A DNA stretch of 24,000 nt from Nitrososphaeraceae archaeon (GCA_035297365.1 DATGZA010000005.1:1-24000); one strand, 5' to 3'; positions 1-9,252 are shown, counted from the stretch's first letter. Program-made: numbers and translations. The notes: generated from the sequence alone by a model not told the origin.

Positions 1-144
1 TTGGTCCCATCATAGGCCATTGCTGCCCTGTCATCATTGGTCCCATCATAGGCGGTTGTTGTCCTGTCATCATTGGTCCCATCATAGGCCATTGCTGCCC
101 TGTCATCATTGGTCCCATCATTGGTCCCATCATTGGTCCCATCA
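1..144. repeat. In-frame tandem DNA repeats: 36-bp unit x3 (1-108, probably continuing beyond the edge) followed by 12-bp unit ttggtcccatca x3 (109-144)
   Basis: Read directly. ttggtcccatcataggccattgctgccctgtcatca occurs at 1-36 and 73-108, with a diverged copy at 37-72. ttggtcccatca then occurs three times. The repeats encode PMMGPMMTGQQW and GPMM units on the minus strand. Confidence 0.9.
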
Positions 145-325
145 TCATACCCGTTTTATTCATCTGTTTCATCATTGTCTGCATCTGGTTTGGGTCCATA
201 ACTTGATTTGCAAATACCGATTGAACGTCCTTATAACTAGCAAGAAAAACTATTGCACTAAATACAGATACCATAAAAAAAAGAACGTAGTATCTATTAT
301 TCTTGTTATTAATATTGATATTCAT
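1..325 (-). CDS. Membrane-anchored Met/Gly/Pro-rich repeat protein, N-terminal part (ORF runs off the left edge of the window)
   Basis: My reverse-strand translation from the ATG at 325-323 gives MNININNKNNRYYVLFFMVSVFSAIVFLASYKDVQSVFANQVMDPNQMQTMMKQMNKTGMMMGPMMGPMMGPMMTGQQWPMMGPMMTGQQPPMMGPMMTGQQWPMMGP... with no stop before position 1. It is missing from the ORF track presumably because it is open-ended. A hydrophobic segment (YYVLFFMVSVFSAIVFLASY) follows a short N-terminus. The listed + strand ORF 20..328 (HHWSHH repeats) is its mirror image. Confidence 0.6.
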   Translation of the reverse strand, partial: MNININNKNNRYYVLFFMVSVFSAIVFLASYKDVQSVFANQVMDPNQMQTMMKQMNKTGMMMGPMMGPMMGPMMTGQQWPMMGPMMTGQQPPMMGPMMTGQQWPMMGP

Positions 326-949
326 TAATTGACAAAATCAAACATAATATAAAAAGATGGCTATCCTATAGTATAACATTATAATTCCAAACTGTATTGT
401 TGTTAAAATACTAAATCAACTGAAAAACTTGAATATACAAGTCTTTTTCATTCATAATGCTATTAAATCTTATTAAAATATAAAATTAATAGAAATAAAG
501 ATTCTGTTTCTAATGAAGGCTTTATGTTTCCTGATAAAAAGCTAAATACAAGATATGTGAATTCCCAGATATGGCAAATTCATATCCCGGTGACCGCATA
601 ACATATGTCTGTTCATATTCCAGTTTTGGAAATTTTTTAAGTCATATGCCAATCACATGATGTTTGTCAATTAATATTGCTAAGATGAGTACAGATAATG
701 TTATATTCATTTGGTACATAAGCTTTTAGATATTCTAATTATGAAGATAAAATAGTTGGTTTGTTCTCTTCCTAGTTACATATTTGTTTCCAATTCCAAA
801 AAATAAAACAAGATTTGTTTTATAATTTTTTGATTTAATTTATAAAATTTATATTCTCTTTATAAAAGATAAACTAACTTTGGCTCTAGAAAGCATTATA
901 GACAAGCTATTAAGTTAACCAGTAAAGCTATATCTAACAACGTTCTATT

Positions 950-1515
950 TATGCAATGTATTCTCTATCTATATTTTCTTGAATTGAGTATACGTAATAC
1001 ATCTAAATATTAATACTCTTAGATAAAAAAAAGATTTTATGTGTTTCTATCTAACTGGATCAAATGTTTGGGTCCTGTCAAATCTATAAATAGAATAGAG
1101 AAGTCATCGTTATAGATGAAACTGTTAGTCAAATTGACCGTCAGCACTTTTAGCTATGGTTTTGTATACAATCAGTTCATAGTTATGTACTTTGAATTTA
1201 CAAATCTAGCGAGATAGAAATACTTGTTACTAAAAAATTCATTAGATCCATCATTCAAAGATATGGAAATAGTACTGTAAATTCAGATGAACGTATATTC
1301 TATGATGAAGCATGGTACATAATGGATTGAAACACTATTTACATTTTCCTTAGAAAAGTCTAATGAAATGAGTCAATCAGTATTTCAACGATAAAATAGA
1401 ATATTTTGATGACTATTATCCATGTATGCAAAATGAATACAACATATTACATGTATATAACTGGGCTCAACTGCGTACCATCTTTCTTTTCATCTTTTCT
1501 ATGAAGACCAAATAA
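950..1515 (+). mobile_element. Decayed DDE transposase gene (IS6/IS240-like; family assignment tentative), relic 1
   Basis: Plus-strand translation by eye. HTH-like part: ILYLYFLELSIRNTSKY* (from about 960). After a frame change: EVIVIDETVSQIDRQHF*LWFCIQSVHSYVL*IYKSSEIEILVTKKFIRSIIQRYGNSTVNSDERIFYDEAWYIMD*..., with six in-frame stops. After another frame change: YFDDYYPCMQNEYNILHVYNWAQL...* ending at 1515. The IDET motif, the LW..I block and the second-Asp region (VNSD) fit a DDE transposase. Confidence 0.6.
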
Positions 1516-1633
1516 TGCTTCATCAATTTTTATCCAAATAACCTTAACTGCCTAACTGCTTTAAAGATTCATTGTATATTGCATATGCTAATGATCTGAA
1601 TGCTATTTCTTTTATTGATAAATCAGCATAAAC

Positions 1634-1861
1634 TTAAAATCTAATTCTGTCAGCCGGTACACCTAATGTAAAGAGATAGAGTAGATGTGAAATTGTGTTC
1701 ATCGATATTCGAACATTTCTCAAATAAGTATCTGTAGAGTCACTAAAATTATATCGACAGTCTTTACAGCCATATCGATTTCCATAAAGACAATATAAGG
1801 ATCTGGAATGGCATCTAATACAAGTACTTCTACCATTACAACTTATATGACAAAATATACC
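1634..1861 (-). mobile_element. Transposase N-terminal zinc-ribbon fragment (IS1595-type Zn_Tnp-like), relic
   Basis: Minus-strand translation gives GIFCHISCNGRSTCIRCHSRSLYCLYGNRYGCKDCRYNFSDSTDTYLRNVRISMNTISHLLYLFTLGVPADRIRF*. The pattern C..C ... RY.CKDCRYNFSD.T.T matches the zinc-ribbon N-terminus of IS1595-family transposases. Two stops lie immediately upstream, there is no start codon, and no catalytic domain follows. Confidence 0.45.
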
Positions 1862-2090
1862 TTACTATTTGTCATACTAGATGCTAGATCAATTGGATAG
1901 AATTCACGCACAAAATATGTATATTTAGTAAACCGATGGTTGTCTTTGATTGAACTGTATAGGTATTACCTATAAGAATGTAGAAGGGTTGACTTTCAGA
2001 TATTCCATAAAATATTCAAGATGTTAATCTTGGTTGTTATTCCAAAAAAACCTATTTTTCGTGCTACTTTTATCGAATTCCATACATGAC

Positions 2091-2597
2091 TTATCTTAAC
2101 TTTAGACCAGAATCAAGAAAAGCTGCAAATAACAGAATAAGAATAGAAAGGAAAACTGTTATTCTTCCATAGTTAATTATCCTTGAACGAATTACTTTCA
2201 CATATAATGAGTCATTATTTTCTAAAAGTTTATTTTCAATATTTTTCCCAAAACTTTTGATATGAATAAAATAAAAAATAGAGGTAATAACAACTAGTAT
2301 AATTTTAATCAAAAGCAATATTCCATAATCAGTGGTAAGAAAATTATCAGGATCTTCAAAAAAAAATCTAGAATTGTATATCCCACTTAATATTAATATT
2401 AAAAAAGATGGAAATGCAAATTTGTTAAATCTTCTTCCGACTTTGATCATCAGAATAACGCGATCTTCTATTGAGTTCCCAATAGTTTTTAGCATTGGTG
2501 CAAGAATCAAACCAATGAAAATTGATCCTCCTATCCAAATACAAGCAGCGAGAAGATGGATCCAAATTATAACACTATCAATTAAATTCATAACCAA
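2091..2597 (-). CDS. CopD-like (copper resistance D domain) integral membrane protein
   Basis: 168 aa with about 4-5 hydrophobic helices. The N-terminal signature IWIHLLAACIWIGGSIFIGLIL resembles the H-L-x-A-x-x-W-x-G-G motif of CopD/YcnJ-type domains. Confidence 0.5.
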   Translation of the reverse strand: MVMNLIDSVIIWIHLLAACIWIGGSIFIGLILAPMLKTIGNSIEDRVILMIKVGRRFNKFAFPSFLILILSGIYNSRFFFEDPDNFLTTDYGILLLIKIILVVITSIFYFIHIKSFGKNIENKLLENNDSLYVKVIRSRIINYGRITVFLSILILLFAAFLDSGLKLR

Positions 2598-2698
2598 ATA
2601 ACATGCCTTATATGATATAAATTACTTGAGTTATAAGACTAGTGCTATTATTACAGAAACATTTTAATTCGCTTTACGAATTCTAAATTTGGTATTAT

Positions 2699-3217
2699 AT
2701 GTTCTTTAGTAAAAGAAGAATAATTCTATTGGGGGTAATATCCGCCCTAGCAATAACGATAATTTTTCTTCCTAGAATTCAATATTATGTCAGTGCTCCT
2801 GATGTAGGTGCGATAGATTTCAAGCTAGCTAATATAACATTAAATAATATTTCTAATGATACTAATAATGTAGAATTATTATTATCATTTAATGTATATA
2901 ATCCATCTGATAAAACTGCAACTACTTCAAAAGTGGAATATGACTTGTTTGGAAATGATGAATTCTTGGGTCATGGTATTCTATCATATGAAGATATTCC
3001 ATTAAATGGCAGACCTCAATTTTCTCCTGAACAAACTACAACATTAAAGTCTTCTATAATACTCCAACCAACTAATTCTAATCTAAAATTAATTGAAGGA
3101 ATATTAAAGCATTCATCTATATTGGTAGATGATGATATTAATTGGAAAGTTAATGGAACAAGTCAAATTGAATCTGCTTTTGTTATAATAGAAAAAAAAT
3201 TTAATAGCAGGTTATAA
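2699..3217 (+). CDS. Membrane-anchored LEA_2 / WHy (late-embryogenesis-abundant type 2)-like domain protein
   Basis: 172 aa with an N-terminal TM anchor (IILLGVISALAITIIFL). The pattern LLLSFNVYNPSDKTATTSKVEYDLFGNDEFLGHG matches the V.NPN...(a)...Y.L..ng..lg.G core of LEA_2 domains. Confidence 0.4.
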   Translation: MFFSKRRIILLGVISALAITIIFLPRIQYYVSAPDVGAIDFKLANITLNNISNDTNNVELLLSFNVYNPSDKTATTSKVEYDLFGNDEFLGHGILSYEDIPLNGRPQFSPEQTTTLKSSIILQPTNSNLKLIEGILKHSSILVDDDINWKVNGTSQIESAFVIIEKKFNSRL

Positions 3218-3250
3218 CCATTTCTTGAACTATAAAAACTGTTTTTATAA

Positions 3251-3688
3251 CTAGTTTGATTCTCCTCGTTTTTTAGAGTCAATTACTACCCATTGTTCAA
3301 TCCAACTACATCTGGAAGGACTATATTGACTCATTTCATCTTCAGTAGAACACAAATGCTGATAGGAACAACTAAAACAAGGTGCCCCTTCTACACTATC
3401 TATTTCAATAGGTTTCTTGTCTACTTCTTTTAATTGGGGTATCTTTTTTACTATCAACTTGTATGTCCATCTTCCTTTATACAATATTTTTTCTCTTGAA
3501 ATCAAAGACTGTTTTTCCAAATTTCCTACTAACCTAGACCCATCTCTGCTATCTATTGAAAAAGATTTACAAAGTTCAGTTTGGAAGACTCCGTTTTCTC
3601 CGCTATCGGCTATAGCATGAAATACCTGTTCAGATAGTTCACTTTTATTCTTTATAGGTGTTTTAGACTTATTTATGTTAGTTGACAA
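3251..3688 (-). CDS. Winged-helix protein with C-terminal 4-Cys module, TFE-beta / RPC34 (hRPC39)-like transcription factor candidate
   Basis: 145 aa. The WH-like region is VFHAIADSGENGVFQTELCKSFSIDSRDGSRLVGNLEKQSLISREKILYKGRWTYKL. The C-terminal PCFSCSYQHLCSTEDEMSQYSPSRCSWIEQW has the C-x2-C...C...C-x-(W/Y)...W spacing I associate with the Fe-S/Zn domain of RPC34/TFE-beta. Confidence 0.45.
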   Translation of the reverse strand: MSTNINKSKTPIKNKSELSEQVFHAIADSGENGVFQTELCKSFSIDSRDGSRLVGNLEKQSLISREKILYKGRWTYKLIVKKIPQLKEVDKKPIEIDSVEGAPCFSCSYQHLCSTEDEMSQYSPSRCSWIEQWVVIDSKKRGESN

Positions 3689-4047
3689 AAGATAATATTT
3701 TTTCGTTTATTTCATATAAAAATCTAATGTCCTCTCAATTGTGCAAGATTATTATCGAGATTTGTAAAGATTATGAATGTTTAAATAAAAGTATTAATCC
3801 AGCTTTTTATAACATGAATAATATGCGACTCATCGTCAATTTTTTCGAAAAATTATATCAATCAACAATGTAAATTACTAAAAGTATGTTAATAGTTGAA
3901 TTAAAGTAAAAAATAACTAGTTATATTATATTATATAGAAAATTAAATGTAACAAATTTTTGATAATAAATATGAGAATTCCTAATATATTTATAATTTA
4001 AGCAAATAAATATTGAAAAAAGTAAAAAAGGTCTGATAGTCTGTTTT

Positions 4048-4755
4048 ATGATGTCAATGTTTTATTTTGCATTTTTTTCAGTCCCATCGATTTCAAGTGA
4101 AATCTATGCACAATCCCAATCCTTTAGCAACGACGACAACATACAAAAAAACCAGATAAACGCTTTTGACATCCCCAAAATTCCAAACCAGTACATTGTA
4201 GTTTTCAAGGACGATGTCAAGAACCCCTATTATCTAATTAATCAGATAGGCAAAAGGATAGAAACAAGTACCTTCAAAGATCTTGATATTTTAAATATTT
4301 TTCAAAATTCTATTAAAGGATCACTCACTAAAATTAATACCCAATCAGAGCTTGATAAATTAAGACATGATCCAAATGTAAAGTACGTAGAGCAGGATCA
4401 GAAGATTTAATCATTTGTCCAAATATTACCAAAGGGTATAAACAGAATAGATGCAGATCAAAGTTTCACTAAATCTGGAAATGGATTTGGAAGTGTTAAT
4501 GACGATATAGCAATACTTGACACTGGAATACATAATAACCAGAATGTGAATATTTTTAGACAGAAGGACTTTACCGGAAATTTATATCTTGCTACTGATA
4601 AAAATGGTCATGGAACTCATGTAGCTGGAACTGCAGATGCAAAGGATGATACTGGTGAAGTTGTAGGGGTAGCACTAGATAACAAAAACCCGTTTGTGTC
4701 TTTTTTCTCATCTCAACATATAATTCACAAAAATTCTTTATATAAAAAATTATAA
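4048..4755 (+). pseudogene. Decayed subtilisin-like serine protease (peptidase S8 with I9 propeptide): in-frame stop and 3' truncation
   Basis: The signal-like N-terminus and I9-type propeptide (IPNQYIVVFKDDV...LDKLRHDPNVKYVEQDQKI) end at an in-frame TAA (4408-4410). The same frame continues without further stops: SFVQILPKGINRIDAD...DIAILDTGI (catalytic Asp motif)...GHGTHVAGT (catalytic His motif)...VVGVA. It then diverges into AT-rich sequence and stops at 4755. No Asn/Ser (GTSMA) region was found downstream. Confidence 0.7.
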
Positions 4756-5300
4756 TATATATAATATTAAACAAAATATATAATAATATAATGTGATCAC
4801 AGATTCGAGTTTTATGTGTATACAAAGGTACATATCTTGTATTTAGTTTTTTTTAAATGCACAATTAGAGTCATTTTTTGTTAAAATTTAATTCCATTCT
4901 ATTTTATCTAAGTCTGAAAATAATTTAAATCGTTTTGGATTTACTATAGATGGCGCAACAACGTAATCATCAAAATATTTAGATGAATATAGAGAATAGG
5001 ATCCATATCATGAATAAAAATAAACTACATGATCATAATAACACATAACACAGATGTTATAGTAAGTCAATTGCTGAAAATAAAAAGTTTTTTTACTCTT
5101 TTCTATTTCCCAATTATTTGAAAACTTGCATAATAATTTAGATAAATAAAATAGAAATAGAAAATGAAAAAGGTAAAATTATTTACGAAACATTACAGAA
5201 AAATGTAATTCTTATTCTAAAATTTTTCTAAATATTTCATATAGTTAATGTAATATTTTACATTCTTGTGAATAATTTTAAACGTTATTATTGATGAAAG

Positions 5301-5711
5301 ATGTTATTTTTTATATATATTAAAATCATGGTAGATAAAGATTTACCTCCTTCATCATCGACTCCAGTAACTAGAACTTTTATTCAGGAATTCTTTGATT
5401 TTCTCAAGACATTTGGTATAATAGGTTTAGCAATAGCTTTTGTCATAGGTCAGGCATCATCAAAATTGGTTACTGCATTTGTTGAAGATATTATTAATCC
5501 ACTTGTTGGTCTATTCCTGCCCTCAGGAAGTCTAGAAACACTATCTGCAAATGTTACGGGTGTGTCTGGTACAATGTCACAATTCAAATATGGAGACTTG
5601 ATTGCTAGTATCATAGATTTTCTGATAATAGCACTTGTAGTTTTCGTTGCCTACAAGTTTTTATCAAGATATAAAATTGTGGAGGACAAAACAAAACCTG
5701 AAGGTAAGTAG
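5301..5711 (+). CDS. mscL: Large-conductance mechanosensitive channel MscL
   Basis: FIQEFFDFLKTFGIIGLAIAFVIGQASSKLVTAFVEDIINPLVG is the conserved MscL N-terminal helix/TM1/loop signature, followed by a second TM and a charged C-terminus. An alternative start lies at 5328 (MVDKDLPP). Confidence 0.85.
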   Translation: MLFFIYIKIMVDKDLPPSSSTPVTRTFIQEFFDFLKTFGIIGLAIAFVIGQASSKLVTAFVEDIINPLVGLFLPSGSLETLSANVTGVSGTMSQFKYGDLIASIIDFLIIALVVFVAYKFLSRYKIVEDKTKPEGK

Positions 5712-6138
5712 ATATCTAAAAAGTTAACACTATATTTTTTTACACAAAATTTATTAAATATATACAGATAATAAGACCAATTTTTAATATTTGTTTTGGT
5801 AGGTATAATGTTATTGATATTTTTTTGATTATTATATTGATATCAATTGTTAATTTATCTGTAAAATCTGGAAATATATTGCTGGTGACTCCAGTGTAGA
5901 ATAAAATTTATCATCCTTCTAAAACTCCAAGAGTTAAATTTAACTATTTTAAGTTGGATTGGCCATGTTAATCTTCATAATAATGTGTATCATTAAATCA
6001 TAAAATGATTTATCAATATATGGGAGTTATATTCAAATTACAAATTCAATAATCTTGTATAATAATTTTGTTTAACTAGAAAGTATATATTTTTTATACA
6101 AATTTTTTTAAACAAGAACGTTCGCATTTCGCATTTTT

Positions 6139-6474
6139 GTGTTGTCATCTAAACCAATCTTAAATCGCAAGAAATCAAGCAAGACTAACAAGATCAAAAA
6201 GACGTACGCAAAAAAAGAAAAGAGCAAGAAACAACAACATTTACAAAGAAAGAAATCACCATATCCTATAATTTACGATCCAGACAAAAATCAAACAAAT
6301 ATACAATTAGTACAGTATCCTAATAATAGTTTGAGACAACATCAACAACGAACTATTAAGGACGCAATAGAGATTACTACCTATTATCTAGAACTTAATA
6401 AGAATATTATAAACATGTATAATTCTGTATATTCTCAAATATCACAGGTGAACTCTAAGAAGATAGAGCTATAA
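6139..6474 (+). CDS. Doubtful ORF: lysine-rich low-complexity hypothetical protein (GTG start)
   Basis: Only the ORF track supports it. The N-terminal half is K/Q-rich low complexity in an AT-rich spacer, and I recognise no motif. Confidence 0.15.
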   Translation: MLSSKPILNRKKSSKTNKIKKTYAKKEKSKKQQHLQRKKSPYPIIYDPDKNQTNIQLVQYPNNSLRQHQQRTIKDAIEITTYYLELNKNIINMYNSVYSQISQVNSKKIEL

Positions 6475-6596
6475 ACCACTTTTAGGATAGATTCTTAATA
6501 CGAAAATATTCATATTATAATATAACTTCCTACTGACAGAGTTATTATATATAATATAAGAGCATAATATTAAAAGTGTCTAAATTAGAAAATTAT

Positions 6597-7994
6597 TTAG
6601 TTACAAAAGAGATAGTCTCTTTGTCCAGCTTTATCAGATGTATTTCCTCCAATCTTTACTAGAACAAATTCTTTCTCATGATCCAAAAAGGATTCATTTA
6701 TTGGTAGTTCATTAGAGTGAAGACGTTTATATTCTGCCATATCAAGTTTAGTACGATTTCCTATTTCCATTTCTAGATTCATGTCTTTTACTATTTCTTT
6801 ATATTCTTCTTGGACCACGCCACTGAAAACCATTGCACTACTTCCACTTCCATATGAACCAAATCCTATTCTCTTATTTGCTAAATCAATATTTTTCTTA
6901 TATTCAAATTCAAGTAGACTTCGTAATCCCATGTACATAGATGCAGTATATATATTTCCTATTATTGTAGATGCTTCAAGAGAACTTGACATCTTTTGCT
7001 CGAAGACCTGTTTAAAGAAAGTTGTTTTTATAAAGGCACGTCTGAAGGTATCATCTGCTTTCATAAATTCTTTATCGGCTAGAATAGATTCAATTGTTCC
7101 TCTTGGATCCTTTGGGACTGGTTCCTCCATTCCAACTTCTTCAATTATTTTTTTCCATCTTGGAAGATGTCTCCATTCATGTCGTAAAAGATAAGCCAAT
7201 GCTTTTTCACCCATTTTCCGATAAGGTAGATGAACGCTAATATAATCAATTTTATCTGTTATTGATTCATCGCTGTTTATTTGGAACAAATTAGTTCTTA
7301 AAACTTTTTCCTTATAACTATCAAAGGCTTTTTTGACTTGAATTAGATACAAATAATTAGAATAATTACCATTAACAAGAGGAGTTTCTCTTCCAAACGG
7401 CCGGTAAAAATCATACTCATTTTTAATAATCGTAGAAGTAACTTTGGGATCAAAAATAACTAATCTAGGATTTTCTTTGACAAGCATTGCTATTGCACCT
7501 GCTCCTTGAGTATATTCTCCTGCAGAACCCAAATCATATTTTGCTATATCACTTACTATGACGATGGCTGCACTTCCGTTATTCTCTTCGGCCCTAATCC
7601 AATTAGCATTATCATATAGAGCATAGGAACCACTCACACAAGCAAATTTACATTCTATTCCGCCGGCATGTTCAAATGAGTCTTCACCATAAATCTGTTC
7701 GAGCATACCTATCACGAAGGAATTCATTGCTTTGGATTCATCCAGAGCTGATTCAGTAGCTACATACACTCTTCCTATATCATTTGGTTTCAAGTCATTT
7801 TTCTGCATTAGCTTTAAACAAGCATTAGCAGCCATACATGCTGGATCCTGATTAGTATCAACAATGGCCATTTTCTTTATACCTATCCCATTTTCTAATT
7901 TATGAGGGTCAATTCCTCTTGCCTTCGCAAAATCTTTTGAATCGACATATAACTTGGGAACATAAAGGGCCATATCATCAATACCAACAGACAT
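6597..7994 (-). CDS. Hydroxymethylglutaryl-CoA synthase, long (bacterial/eukaryal-like) form
   Basis: 465 aa. Motifs line up with HMGCS: VATESALDESK (catalytic Glu region), CKFACVSGSYAL (nucleophilic Cys), YDFYRP, SVHLPYRKM (catalytic His), GNIYTASMYMGLRSLLE, RIGFGSYGSGS. Confidence 0.85.
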   Translation of the reverse strand: MSVGIDDMALYVPKLYVDSKDFAKARGIDPHKLENGIGIKKMAIVDTNQDPACMAANACLKLMQKNDLKPNDIGRVYVATESALDESKAMNSFVIGMLEQIYGEDSFEHAGGIECKFACVSGSYALYDNANWIRAEENNGSAAIVIVSDIAKYDLGSAGEYTQGAGAIAMLVKENPRLVIFDPKVTSTIIKNEYDFYRPFGRETPLVNGNYSNYLYLIQVKKAFDSYKEKVLRTNLFQINSDESITDKIDYISVHLPYRKMGEKALAYLLRHEWRHLPRWKKIIEEVGMEEPVPKDPRGTIESILADKEFMKADDTFRRAFIKTTFFKQVFEQKMSSSLEASTIIGNIYTASMYMGLRSLLEFEYKKNIDLANKRIGFGSYGSGSSAMVFSGVVQEEYKEIVKDMNLEMEIGNRTKLDMAEYKRLHSNELPINESFLDHEKEFVLVKIGGNTSDKAGQRDYLFCN

Positions 7995-8130
7995 ATCAAG
8001 CTCTATTTTATGAATTAGACATTTAAACGTACTTACTATTTATAGAGAATTTTGTAATTATTATTTTATTTTATAAAAAATTTATAAAGATATACAATTT
8101 TTAGATAAAATATCAATTTCAAAAATTATA

Positions 8131-9252
8131 CTAAAAAAAATGTATAATATTATAAAAGTTATCGCGCTCAGCAGCATGAAATTCAACTTGTTGAATGGAT
8201 TCAATTATCTTGGCTGAAGTTAGCTCAGTAGAACGTGCTCCAGTGGCACTTACAACTTCTTCACCAATTAAGGTACCCCCAAAATCATCTGCTCCAAAAA
8301 ATAGTGCTAACTGTGCCATACCTATTCCATTTGTTAACCATGATGACTGAATATGAGGAATTAAACCATAAAAGACTATTCTTGAGATGGATATCATCTT
8401 TAACAATTTTAACCCTCCAGGTGAATATTTGGTCAATCCTTCCAATTGCAATTGAGTTTTATTAGGTTCAAATCCCCAAGGAATGAAAGCTATAAAACCA
8501 TTAGTTTTCTCTTGTAGTTCACATATTTTCATCAAGTGTTGAGCAATATCATAATCATTTTCTACAGTTCCATACATCATAGTTGCAGAAGAACTAATTT
8601 CCATATCATGCGCCTCATTCATTATCCTGAGCCAATCATTACTTTTGATTTTAAGAGGGCTTATTTTAGACTTAACTTCATCTACAAGAATTTCTGCTCC
8701 CGCACCTGGAAGAGAATCTAAACCCGACATCTTTAATCTAGATAATATTTCCTTTGTACTACTTCGCTCAACTTTTGCTATCATATCTATTTCAGAGGCA
8801 GAAAGACCATGGATTGAAATCGATGGATAATACTTTTTAATATCTTTGAAAATATCTTCGTAATATTCTATCGACAAATTTGGATTGTGTCCACCTTGAA
8901 AAAGTATTTGAGTTATTCCAAACAGTTCTTTGGAGATGGAAATTCTTTTTAATATATCTAATTTTGTACGAGTATATGATTCTTCATGTCCAGGTGGTCT
9001 GTAAAAAGCGCAAAATTTACAGTAAGTTACACAAACATTAGTGTAGTTTAGAATAATATTATTTATAAAAGTAGCAGTTTTGCCAAAAAGATTATCTCTT
9101 AATAGATTAGCTACTAGCCCGATTGCATAAATATCATCAGATCCTATAAGTTTTACACAATCTTTGAAATTAAGTCGTTTTCCTCCCAAAACATCATTTA
9201 AAATATCTCCTATTTCTGATTCAGAGACAAAGTAAGATAAGCTATTTTGCAA
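8131..9252 (-). CDS. Radical SAM enzyme of the MqnE/MqnC family (aminofutalosine synthase or cyclic dehypoxanthine-futalosine synthase), paralog 1
   Basis: 373 aa. It has a CVTYCKFCAFYR radical-SAM cluster motif (C-x3-C-x2-C followed by FYR), plus QGGHNP, LPGAGAEIL, and a C-terminal ERDNFYN. It lies next to a paralog and an MqnD-family gene. I cannot tell MqnE from MqnC by eye. Confidence 0.65.
   Translation of the reverse strand: MQNSLSYFVSESEIGDILNDVLGGKRLNFKDCVKLIGSDDIYAIGLVANLLRDNLFGKTATFINNIILNYTNVCVTYCKFCAFYRPPGHEESYTRTKLDILKRISISKELFGITQILFQGGHNPNLSIEYYEDIFKDIKKYYPSISIHGLSASEIDMIAKVERSSTKEILSRLKMSGLDSLPGAGAEILVDEVKSKISPLKIKSNDWLRIMNEAHDMEISSSATMMYGTVENDYDIAQHLMKICELQEKTNGFIAFIPWGFEPNKTQLQLEGLTKYSPGGLKLLKMISISRIVFYGLIPHIQSSWLTNGIGMAQLALFFGADDFGGTLIGEEVVSATGARSTELTSAKIIESIQQVEFHAAERDNFYNIIHFF

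Noticed and set aside
20-328. Track ORF encoding a striking His/Trp-rich repeat (HHWSHH...), superficially a metal-binding peptide
   Set aside because: It is the antisense reading of the Met/Gly/Pro-rich repeat gene. The minus strand has a proper ATG and a signal-anchor helix and stays open to the window edge. The + strand ORF runs from the repeats into the antisense of that gene's N-terminal region.
3682-4825. Track ORFs 3682-3873 (+) and 4592-4825 (-)
   Set aside because: The first is an AT-rich spacer ORF with a non-ATG start and no motif. The second is antisense to the subtilase pseudogene and extends into AT-rich junk.
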